DNA of 64,000 nt, taken from Lama glama. Lineage: Eukaryota. Of this stretch, positions 23,861 to 35,109 are shown piece by piece. The position numbers and the translations under genes are program-made. The stretch's first letter is position 1. The number at the start of each line of letters is the position of its first letter. Location of the stretch: the NCBI GenBank assembly GCA_028534125.1, contig CM052816.1, forward strand, positions 6,202,001-6,266,000, given 5' to 3'. The notes under the pieces are model-generated. The model was not told the DNA's origin. It worked only from the letters and a program-made list of their open reading frames with translations, and did no database searches.

Positions 23861-25741
23861 CTTGCTCCCCATAAATGTCTATTTACAGAAATAGCTTTTG
23901 GCCAACTTTTGCATTATTTAGGGAAAGGCTTTGCCTAATTTCCTTATTCTATCATAAACCCTAATTTTTTTCCAGTTTAACTCTTTTTCTGAATCACTAA
24001 ATCCCTCCTGAAGTGTTTTTTTTTAATCCCTTCTCATTTTCTCTTGCTTATCCATAATGAAGATCATAGATCACATAACACAGTTGGAAGAACCTTAGAG
24101 ATTCTCTACGTCAGTGATTTGAAAGTTTTTGTTTATTTTAAGAAGCTGACTCCTTAACTCAAACAAAACTTTAAGCAGAGCACAAAACTATAAACCAGCA
24201 CCAACAACAAAGAAAGCCAATTATCTGATTGAAGTAAAAATGGCAGGCTCAGAATTGTGGTCGCTGAATGTCACTGGACTAGTCTCCAGTCCCTAGCGGA
24301 CTTTGGGACACATTTATGAAATGCTAGACACTTAGTTTTAAACCCCTTGATGCTGACTCAGCTTTCTCACGTTACAGATGGGAAAACTAAAGCTAGAGAG
24401 TCTTAAGTGCCTTGTCCAGAGCCATGCAGGCATAGGGCTGGAGAATCTATTTTTGTAAGCGTTTGTGGAGCAGCTGTCATGAGTCTGGCTGATAACAAAG
24501 ACACATCAAGCGTCTTTATATAGACAGCAGTAGAAGCCACATTTCCTAACTCTTGGCCACATGACTTAGACGGTTCCAATGGTCAAGACTTTCATTTCAT
24601 TCGAGTCTGTTTTCTGCGACTTAGCAAAGTCAAGGTCAAAGAATAAATGTTTCATTTTTAAGTCAGTTTCTGCAGCAGATTTGAGACTTGAGTTCATGCT
24701 GTGTTGAAAGCCAAATGAGATCCTAGCTCACAGTCAGAGCCTCCTGTGAAGGTGTGTGGCAGCGCCATTTACTCACCTTGAATTCCTGCAACTCTCCACT
24801 CTCGTCAAACACAGGGGAAATGTCAGGCTCTTAAGAGGCGCACACTGCTTGCTGGGAATTCATTTATATTTTATGCAGATTGGCATCCATGTGCATGAAA
24901 AAGATCAGAAGGAGTAAGTTGATCTTATCCATCCAGCTGCTCCTGCACAGGGCGGTCCTGTGGCTACTTAGCTATAATTAGACGTTGACTTTCCTCACGC
25001 ATGTGGATGATGTCAATCTTTTGGCATCCACTCAGCACCTATTGTTGCCCACAACAATACATCATCTCCATATCATCATGGAATTTATATACTGCTAGGA
25101 GGTTTAAAAAAATTTCACAGACAAAACAAATAGAAAATATGTTAAAATATGTTGAAGTTCTAAATTATTGTAGTATGATCTCTAACTGCTCCTGGGGTTT
25201 GAAAATAACACTAACCAGCATATATTAGAATAACGGGTGAAAGTCTTCCATGGGGAGGAAATACCAACGAGGGTCTTGAAACATAAGTCAAATCTGAATT
25301 GAATACGTGGTTGGAGACTAAGGGAGATGTCACTTCAGGCTGTAGGTATGCCATGGGCAAAAACCTGAAAGATGGACTAAACATATTTTCAAAGTAGCTA
25401 CAATAAATTGAGAATCTAAAATGTGTTAGGCTTTGTCTTTCTCATTTGACTGTGATAATCCTCTGAACAGCCTCACAAGGAAGAACTGATCCTGTCCTCG
25501 TTTTACAGATGGAGAATAAGACATGGTTAAGTACTTTGTTTAAAACCACACAGTTTGTGAATTATGGAGCTAGGATAATCTAGGCATGTATGATGCCAAA
25601 AGGAACATTTTTAAACAAAACTGCCCGCTGTCTGTTGTTTGACACATTTAGGAAACAGCGAGGAGAAGAATGTGATGGGCCAGGGGTAGGGTACCTCGGG
25701 GAAAGAGTGGTAGGAAATTGCATAGGTAAGGCGGCGTTAGC

Positions 25742-25962
25742 ACAGGTTGATGGTCTTCAGAAGGGGGTGATCAAGCCCCCAGAAGACATTTGGCAATATC
25801 TGGAGAGATTTTTGGTTGTCAAAACTTGGGAAGAGGGAGTTGCCTTTGGCTTCTGGTGGGTAGAGGCCAGGGATGCTGCTAATCCTTACACAATGCATAG
25901 GACAACCCCCCCACAACAAAGTATTATCTGGTGCCAAATGTCAGTCATGCTGAGAAAATTTG
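25742..25962 (+). mobile_element. MER20 hAT-Charlie DNA transposon
   Basis: GACATTTGGCAATATCTGGAGAGATTTTTGGTTGTCA...GGGTAGAGGCCAGGGATGCTGCTAA. Confidence 0.9.
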
Positions 25963-26134
25963 GTATAGATAGACTGAAAAGATTGGACTTATCTCTTTAG
26001 GCAGTAGGTCCTTGACTGTAGAAGTAAAGAGACCAGTGTGGCTTTCTAGGTTTGACATCTCACATCAACAATCGCCCATCACCGAGTTCTCCAAGACAGA
26101 CTCACTGTTCCCCTCAAATGATCTGTTTTCAATG

Positions 26135-26640
26135 TTTTCTTTTTTAAAAGATATATATATATATTTTACTGAAGTATAGTCACTTTACAATGCTGTATCA
26201 ATTTCTGGTATACAGCACAATACTTCAGTCATATAGTAACGTACATATATTCATTTGCATATTCTTTTTAATTGTAAGTTACTACAAGATAGTTGAATAT
26301 ATTTCCCTGTGCTATACAGTATAAACATCTTATATATAGTAGTTAGTATCTGCAAATCTCGAATTCCAATTTATCCCTTCCCACCCTCTTCCTCCCTGGT
26401 AACAATAAGTTTGTTTTCCATGTCTGTGAGTCTGTCTCTGTTATGTAAATATGTTCATTTGTATCTTTTTTTTTTAATTCCACATATAAGTGATATCATA
26501 TGGTATATTTCTTTCTGGCTTACTTCACTTAGAATGACATTCTCCAGGTCCATCCATGTTGCTGCAAATGGCATTATTTTATTCTTTGTTATGGCTGAGT
26601 AGTATTCCATTGTATAAATATACCACAAGTTCTTTATATA
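26135..26640 (-). mobile_element. 5'-truncated LINE-1 3' end (camelid-type)
   Basis: Minus-strand ORF2 C-terminus LWYIYTMEYYSAITKNKIMPFAATWMDLENVILSE; shares CTTCACTTAGAATGACATTCTCCAG with 12222-12822. Confidence 0.92.
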
Positions 26641-26659
26641 TCTCTCTTTCTCATTTTTA

Positions 26660-27300
26660 TATTCATCTCCAGATCCACCTGCAGCACTCCCTGGAGCTAC
26701 CATCTTCTCCCTGGAGTGGGCACTAACCTCGTGTTAGGCTCCCTCCTCCCTCCTTGAGTCCCCGTTGGGAAGTTCTTATAGAGTAGTTGGAATCATTCTC
26801 ACAAAAAGTAAATTTGATCGAGTTACCTTAATGCATAAAGTTCTTCCAAAGGCTCAGTCTAGAGGGCCTTGCATGATCTTTTCACCTCAAATCTTTCCTG
26901 TCCTCTTTCTTTCAGTTCACTGAAAGTTCCTCCCCCTCTCCCACCCGAACACACACAAACGTTTCTTTTCCACTAGTCCTTATATCATTTATTGCTTTGC
27001 CTGGCAGCTTAGCCCTCACCCCATCCCATGTCCTTCATCCTTTTCATCTGGATCACGCTTCCCCATCCTCCAGATTTCAGCTTAAACATCCCTTCCTTAG
27101 AGAGAACTAGGTCATGACATACTACTCTGTATGTCCTCTTTCATAGTGCTTCTCACATGGCTGATTTTTAGGTCAACATCTGTCATCCCTGACGGACTAT
27201 TAACTTCATGTAGGTAGACTCTGTTTCCGTCTGGGTCAATGTCATATCCTCAGGGCTTACTAGGGACCCAATAAATATTTGTTGAATTAACAGATAAATG
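26660..27300 (+). mobile_element. L2 fragment
   Basis: Pyrimidine-rich L2 body ending CAATAAATATTTGTTGAAT. Confidence 0.75.
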
Positions 27301-28364
27301 AGCATAGTCCTGGGCACTGAATAGGGGGGGAAACAGATAGGCTTTATTCTCCGCCCTTTGCAAGCTGCTGAATTTCAAAATGTGTGTGGCGTGGGCAGGA
27401 ATGGAGGTAAACACAGGTATTTCTCATCCAAGGAAAGGAACGCTAGGCAAATGTGGAATTCAAGTGGATACAGGATTTGGATAGTTGATGGCAAAAACCT
27501 TTATAGAGACATAATAAAAGCTGTGATATCCCGAACAATCAAAGCCTTTCTTTCCCCCTCAGCATGGTCACCATGGCTGGTTAAAATAAGGACTATTTGT
27601 TGACTAGGAACATTCCAGCCATGCAAAATGCAGACAATGTCATACAATTATTTATACCTTAAGCAGTGATTTTACACTGCTTTCCCCTCACCTGGGAAGA
27701 CACAGCCAAGGTACAGAACATTCTGTCTCAGAGCAGCAAGCCACTAAAATACCATTTTTAATGGTAGAACAAGTGCTTCCCACATCTTCTCTGTGAAAAT
27801 GTCAAATCTATCTCCTCTTTTTTTTTATTTTCTGCTACTAATCGCTAGCCTTCCATCTGAACGATTTTATTTCAAAACTAAATCTGCCACTATTTAACAA
27901 AGAGAATCTGGTAACACCCTTACCTGAAATTGTCTGCCACGTGACACACCAGATCTACTTTGTAATATATAGACAAAAATTTTTTTGTATATTTGTTTAT
28001 TTATTTATTGGGAGGTAAAGAGGTGCTCACTCCAGTTTGATTTTCTTCTTTGCTTAATTATTTATAATGATCTTTAATTTCACTCTTGCAGTGAAAATTC
28101 AAGTCTCATTACTGGGAACTTGATTAATTGGACTTTAGCTATGAATGACTAATTACATGTGGAAGATACCTTGTTTGAAGAAGCTTCTGTTCTATAAAAG
28201 ATAATAAATAGCATAAATCTCTATTGTACTCTGTTTCTGAAGGGTGAATGTACCTTTATGAGTACAAATTTGGCATCATAGAGTTATTGTTCTTATGGAA
28301 TCAGGCATAATTGCCAGTTCTGAAGGTGTTTTTTATAGGCAATTTCTGTTCGCTTTTCCTTCTT

Positions 28365-29065
28365 TCCTTCCATCCTTTCCTTCCTTCCTTCCTCACTCTT
28401 TTCTCACAAATACACATTAAACTGCACTCTGGACATTGGTCTATGTAAACATTGGGGATTCAGGAGAGAATTACATACAGATAACTAGCTCTCGTATAGT
28501 TTAAATTTTAATAAGAGGGAGAAAATAAAGACATAAAAATAAAGTGAAATATACAAACCAGTATAGTTGCTGTAAATAATACAAAAAAGGGGAAAAATGA
28601 GTTAAGCTAATCATGTAAAAATTTGAGAGAAGGATGTTCTAGACAGAGAGACAAGCAGTTAGCCCCAGAGCTAAAACCCAACTTGGCACATTGGCAGAAG
28701 AGAAAGAAGGCCATTGTGGCTGGAGCAGAGTGAACGCTGGATCTGTGAAGGGGACGACTGAGGAGGGCAAAGAGGTGACTAAAAGGACTGATGTTGTGGG
28801 GCTCTCAGGGCCATTGTCAAGATTTAAAACAATTCTAATTGGGAAACCCCTGGGAGAGTTAAGAAGAAGCATGATTCGAACATTTTTATATTTTATATTG
28901 TAAATGTTTATTTTCCTTTTAAAAAGTGTATTCTGGTTTATGTGTGGAGGATAAGCTTTAGTGGGTGGTGATATTGCAGAGAGGAGATCTTTCATGGGCT
29001 ATTACAGTGTTTCAGGAGAGAGATGATGATGATGACCTGGACCAGGTGAGAACAGTGGAGACAGA
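28365..29065 (-). mobile_element. L2 fragment
   Basis: (TTCC)n-like tail, then GGCCATTGTGGCTGGAGCAGAGTGA, GGGAAACCC and CAGGAGAGAGATGATG. Confidence 0.75.
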
Positions 29066-29379
29066 TGTAGATGGACTTGGCATCCTGAAGGGCTGCTGCT
29101 GTATGCAGCTGGGAGGAAGGCAAACAGCACACATTCTGCAGTGTCTGTGAATGACCCCTCCTGGACCCCAAGTCCGTTGTGTATGAGGAAGTCCATCTCC
29201 CTTTATAATCAAACAATAGTATTTCAAGACTTGAAAGATACCTACATTATTATTTAGCCGATTCCCTAGAAATCGATATTTGGCCCTAATAAATTTTAAC
29301 TTTTAAAATGCTTTTTATTGTTGCAATACATCGAGAACTTTAGGGATTCTAAAATGATTATATAAAATGTTTATTGCTT

Positions 29380-29520
29380 CTTCCGGCTTTGCAGCATCTG
29401 CAGATTTGATTCACATGCAATCAATGTCCTTATCCAACTCAGGCCTAAAAATATTTCCTGGGACTTGATTGAGGACAGGGCTGTGGGGCAAGAATTCTGG
29501 AGTCTGCTCTCCTATTAGAC
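29380..29520 (-). mobile_element. L3/CR1 LINE reverse-transcriptase relic
   Basis: Minus strand reads ATC AAA TCT GCA GAT GCT GCA AAG (IKSADAAK, compare CR1 IKFADDTK), preceded by GCCCTGTCCT and AATATTTTT remnants of GPVLFNIF. Confidence 0.55.
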
Positions 29521-31212
29521 ACCAGAGCACTAATCTGCACTCTAATTATGGTGATTTACTTGGTTTAAAATCCCATTAAATATACCATTGTTAGTCCTTC
29601 CTACGGAGGGAAACTTTAAGCATTAGAGTTCAATTCTAGGAGATATATATTTGGTCAGACAGGCCCTTTATGCTCCTTATTTTACACCATGCAGGCAACC
29701 CTTTCAATCTTATACAACAGTATCTCAACTCATTGTTTTGTACATAATTTCTAGTCTAGGGCTAGGGTGAACCAAAAGGGAATCAAGAATTTGGAAAGTG
29801 AAGAGCTTAAAGTAAAATTCACTTTATTTATTTCTTTGCTGTGCTGTGAGAATATTAAATCTCTTTTTTAGATTGACTGCTAGGAAGTTGAAAGACTGTA
29901 TTAATTTAGATTTGAGGGATGTTATTTCTGCTTTATATGTATGGTGTTTGCTAACCTCTTTTCTATAAACTTTTTTTCACTAATACCTTTTATGGTAATT
30001 CACTTCAAAATGTTTTATACATGCCTGATACTTCTAGTTTTACAACTAATGTGTCACTCAAAATGTGTGTGCTTAAAAGTTAACCCGTGTTTATGACATG
30101 CATGATTTTATTCTCCAGAAGTGAAATTGATAAAATTTTAATCTTACTGTAGTTTTAAAGAGATAAAATCCTAACATTTCTTTAATATCTCCAAAGATTG
30201 AATTTAATAGTCCTAATTCCTAGTCAACTACAGCTAAGGGCAAGGTGGCCTTCCAAATGGCCAAGGGCATAGGTGTGTATGAGTGTGTGTGTATGTGTGT
30301 GTCCTCACCATGTGTTTCAAACAGGCTTCACCGATGACTGCATTATCTTGAAACATTGCTTATTATCTGATGTATGATTCAGCACTCAAAAGCTGGATTA
30401 GAGCTGCCGATATATAATGCTTAAAACTGTGGATTGTTGGAAAAGTGAACTAATAAGAGACAAGGGCAGCCTGTTAAATATGAATTAAAATATACTCATC
30501 ATGAATGACAGTGCTTCACACATTGGAAGAATGATCGTTTGCCTCTGAGTCTTCATTTTCAGCAGCTGCCATGTGACAGAGAAGTTAGCAGCCCCAGAGA
30601 GTTAACAAGTTACACAGTCCCAAGCTTCCCCCCCACTTTATGGATAGGAATCTGCTTCCAGCATCTCCTCCATAACTCTAGGCGCTGAAAGCTCAGGCTG
30701 TCTGCTGTTGGAAGGATGTGATGACATGGGGACTACAGAGCACTTAGGTGGGGGATGGTGCATAGTGAGTGATCAGTACACACTGGCCATTATGTTGCTA
30801 TGATACTACCTTCTCCATTCCTCAGATGACATGGTTTTGAGACTGCCCTCACCGCCCTGGCTGGCTGGCTCTCTTCTGCACGACTGCTTACTGAATTGGG
30901 CACTTCATTTGACACCTTTCAGCCTCTTGGACTTACTTCTGGACTCCAGCCACGGTGAATACACATGGTTCTGCCCAGACTTTGACTCACTTCCTGCTGA
31001 CCAAACTTCATTCAGAGTTGCACTGTGTCTCTCCCTTCCTGTTTTGGGGCTTCTCTGATGCTGCTGAGTCCCCAGGAAACTGCTTGGCACTCGTACAGGT
31101 GTCATCCAAAAGTGTAGGGCTGATACATGTACGGTGCCATTTGTGACCAATGGGGAGGCAGGAGCCATGGATGGATGTCAAGGTTCTCCCTTTTACCTCT
31201 CATGTGATGGTT

Positions 31213-31712
31213 NNNNNNNNNNNNNNNNNNNNNNNNNNNNNNNNNNNNNNNNNNNNNNNNNNNNNNNNNNNNNNNNNNNNNNNNNNNNNNNNNNNNNNNN
31301 NNNNNNNNNNNNNNNNNNNNNNNNNNNNNNNNNNNNNNNNNNNNNNNNNNNNNNNNNNNNNNNNNNNNNNNNNNNNNNNNNNNNNNNNNNNNNNNNNNNN
31401 NNNNNNNNNNNNNNNNNNNNNNNNNNNNNNNNNNNNNNNNNNNNNNNNNNNNNNNNNNNNNNNNNNNNNNNNNNNNNNNNNNNNNNNNNNNNNNNNNNNN
31501 NNNNNNNNNNNNNNNNNNNNNNNNNNNNNNNNNNNNNNNNNNNNNNNNNNNNNNNNNNNNNNNNNNNNNNNNNNNNNNNNNNNNNNNNNNNNNNNNNNNN
31601 NNNNNNNNNNNNNNNNNNNNNNNNNNNNNNNNNNNNNNNNNNNNNNNNNNNNNNNNNNNNNNNNNNNNNNNNNNNNNNNNNNNNNNNNNNNNNNNNNNNN
31701 NNNNNNNNNNNN
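31213..31712. other. Assembly gap, exactly 500 N
   Basis: Directly visible; the round length suggests a scaffolding placeholder. Confidence 0.99.
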
Positions 31713-31964
31713 GAAAATTTGATTATTATTCTCTTGGAACAAAAGCATTTTGGACAGCTAGATTGGTACTTTAAAATACATGCAAAAAACGTCTCAAGTT
31801 GGAATCCAAAGAATAACTTCTGCTTCATCAGCTTGTATGTGTCACATCAGCATGTGGTTGAGCAAGTCCATTCAATTGCCTTGTCTGCAGGATTTTGTAA
31901 AGGAGAAGGACAGAATGAAAGTATTGACATTTAGAATGGGTCACTAAGCACAGCTCTGCATTGT

Positions 31965-32110
31965 GTTGATTCACTGATACAAAACGTATTTACTGAGAGC
32001 CTGATACGGACCTGGCATTGTGCTGGGCAGTGCAGTTAAGGCTTTGGACAAGACAGGATGGTTGCTCATGATTCCCTGCCCTCATGGGGCTTAAATTCTC
32101 CTGGGAGATG
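31965..32110 (-). mobile_element. L2 3' end
   Basis: ATTCA...TATTTACTGAG...CTGGCATTGTGCTGGGCA...CCCTGCCCTCATGGGGCTTA. Confidence 0.75.
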
Positions 32111-32244
32111 CAGTTTTCACTTAGTTTCTGCTTGATTCTGATATGCCAGTGCTTAGCTTTTGCTTTAACACGCTAGCACTGAGGAATCTATTTCTTGGTT
32201 GAATAGATGTGATCATTAGAGACTTACTATTATTGTTGCTATTA

Positions 32245-32510
32245 TTATTAATCTGAACTAAAATTCCTTGTAGCACCCCTCTTCTTGTCCTGGTGGTGTA
32301 CTCACGACATCACAGATCGTATCTGCTCTCTTTTTCACAGAACAGCTTTCCAGATTGTGAAAGAGTTGTCATGGTCCATTGCTCATTCCAAGCGCAAAAA
32401 AATCCATAATTCTTCCAGCTACAGATTTCATTGTTCTAGCTGATATCCTACTAAATGCTAACCCATGTTATTTCTATTTCAAATTATCCTAAGTGTATGC
32501 AAAAATTGAG
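32245..32510 (-). mobile_element. L3/CR1 3' relic
   Basis: ATCTGAACTAAAATTCC...CTTGTCCT...ACAGCTTTCCAGATTGTGAAAG...GTCATG resembles the antisense L3 3' region. Confidence 0.45.
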
Positions 32511-33269
32511 ATTTGTAACAAAAGTCCTGTGAGGCTGAGATTAATTTATTTTGCTCCTAAATATGATGGAAATAATACACAACCACTCCTTACTAGCGCT
32601 ATTTCTAATTGTAAGAAACTCATCCAATTATTCACATTAACTGTGAAAATTGGTGCCACTTACTAGCTTGAAAAATTGAACTGGAGGATGTAAGAAGTTT
32701 TCGTGTCCAGAAATTTTTAATTAATGAAATGTCAAAGAACATATCTTTTTCCCTGCTTTCGTGTTTGGTTTGGAAGTGTTTTGAGTTGCTTTGTAAATGA
32801 CCTTCTATGTCAGCAAATGAATTCATTCTAGTTAATGTTATCCCTCAGGAAGAAAAGGCATGGGATCTCAATACTCGAAGTATATACTGAAGTCCTCATC
32901 TCCTTAGTCTTTGCTTTATTTAAAACAATGTATTTTTTAAAATAGGCCTCATCTTTAGAAACTGTACCATTGAATCCAGGAACTGATCAAATAACTCCTT
33001 TATTTCCACGCCACCCACCAGGATTACTTCTTCCTCAATTGAATTTTTGCCTAATAGAGCCAGAGTAGAATCACTGGTTTGAACCAAATCTCAAAAGCAC
33101 TTATAATGAAATTCTCTGACATTTTAACATGATTAGCCTCATAGTCTCAGCAGTGAGTAGGAGATGTTAGAGTGGGCATCCTGTCATCCTGATTATCACT
33201 CTCACCCCCCCCCCCCAAATTGTTGAGCTTGTCCACAGCTGCCTTTCCAAACAAGGGGCAGGTGGGATG

Positions 33270-33805
33270 ATGTTCCATTTACCTAACAGACCAGCACAAA
33301 AGTTAATCACTAAAGACAGTATTTATTATTTACAAATCAACAATACGAGCAGGGCTCAGTGGAGACTGTTCACCTCTATCCCACTTGGAATCAGCTGGGA
33401 AGCTCAAAACCTGGGAGATGGAAGAAACTGAAGGCTTGCTTACTCTACTGTCTGGTGCCTGGGGTAGGAAGAGGCAAGGAGCCTGGGGGCTGGAGCACAT
33501 GGGGCCTCTCTGTCACTGTGTAGTCCCACCATGTGATCTCTTCAGTAGAGTAGCTTCTGGGTAGCCGGACTTCTTACCTGTTGTCTTAGTGCTCCCAAGA
33601 CACATGTTCCAAAAGGGTGAGCAAGTCAGAAGTTCTAATACCCTTCATAGCTTCAGATATCATGCAGCGTCACCTCCCCTGTAATCAGAGCCCACCCAGA
33701 TTCAAAAAGGGTTTCTTGAAGGAAGAATGTCAAGATTACATTGTAAGCAGAACATGTGGATGAGAGGTACTTGTGTGGATGCCTTTGGAAAAATGCAATC
33801 TATAA
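33270..33805 (-). mobile_element. MaLR solo LTR, MLT1H-like
   Basis: GCAGGGCTCAG...TCAGCTGGG...GTAGCCGGACTTCTTAC...CCCAGATTCAA...CTTTGGAAAAATGCAATCT. Confidence 0.8.
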
Positions 33806-34726
33806 TAGGAAGGACAGAAGCTGTACCCCAGCTCTTGCTATTGAGAACATTTTGTGTTGGGGAAGGTTGTTTAAAGGACAGTGTAAAGTTGGGAGGAGTT
33901 TAGACATCACTTCCCATGGTCACTTGCTCTCTCTTGGTCTGTAGGTTCATAAGGGGAGGGAAATGCACTCTACTCTGCTTGGACCCATCTCTCAGCCTTC
34001 TGTAACTAACTCCCCTTTCTCTTAATTTCCCTGTGCTCAGTCTGAACTATACAGCCTTGGCTTGCACCCTTCAGCCTGCCCCTTTTGTCTTTTCTTAAGT
34101 GCTGCATTTCCATATTCTCAGTCCCAGTCCTGCTCTTCCTTCATTTTTGAAGTTGCTGGGCCACCGTCTACTTCTCCTGCTCAGGCTCCCTCATTCAGTC
34201 CACCCCTAGAAGGCCTTGCTCAGCCATAGCCTCACTTCCGACCATCAGTTGTTGGACCCAAGTACTGATTGTCTCTATTTCCCTAGCTTCCATTCCTGGA
34301 CCGGATTCTTCTTTTCAGGCTTCCACTCCCAACTTTCCCTTGACTCTGTCAGTTGCCCAATATCCAGAATTCTCTTCACTGTTCACATTAGCTTCTTTCT
34401 TCTGTTATTTTAATAGCTGAGAACCTTGATCAGTGGACATACCCACTTCCCTCTACCTGGCTCTGGCATTTCTAGTCTGAGCATTTTAACAAGAAGCAGG
34501 AGGCGTGTCTTTCTCATTATCACTGCGGTTCTTGTTTACATGTTTTTGCACTCTTCTGTCTTCCTTCTCTACTAATTTTTCTCTCTTTAATTTTAAGAGG
34601 TCCACCACTGACATCTCCTAATAGTTGCACAGTACTTTATTTAACCTAACTAGTTAGCTGTTGATGGGTACTTAGATTGCTTTCAGTTTAGTGAAATAAT
34701 AATCAATGCTGCAATAAAGCACCTTT

Positions 34727-35087
34727 GTCATAGATCCGGTTTGGGAAACAGACTCAGATCTGCATTCAGATGGTTCGTTGGGAGAGTTCTTGAGAATAAC
34801 ACCTATAAGGAAATGAGGAAAAAGATACACTTAGAACAGAAACCTCAGCCAGTCCTACAGGAACATTTGAAACTGAGGTGGCCAGGCTGCTATTCCCCTA
34901 TACTGAGCAGTCACTGGACATGAGATATCCTTTGGGGAGGGTGTGGACACTTGGGTGAAGCAGCTCTCTTTGGTGGAGGGCAGTTCCTGGGGAAAGGCAG
35001 AGCGTGATTCCATCAGGCAGCATAACTGGCTTCTGGGGCAACGAGTGCCTCAGGAGATAAGGGCAGAGTAACACATTATCTATTACA
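34727..35087 (-). mobile_element. ERVL solo LTR, LTR16 family
   Basis: GGGAAACAGACTC...AACACCTATAAGG...CCTCAGCCAGTCC...CTTGGGTGAAGCAGCTCTC...GAGGGCAGTTCCTGG...GAGTGCCTC. Confidence 0.75.
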
Positions 35088-35109
35088 GTGTCTCATTATC
35101 CTGGGTCAA

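Noticed and set aside
25590..26000. 136-aa ORF
   Set aside because: Mostly a read-through of MER20.
31134..31934. Longest ORFs in the track (182-266 aa)
   Set aside because: Artefacts of translating through the 500-N gap.
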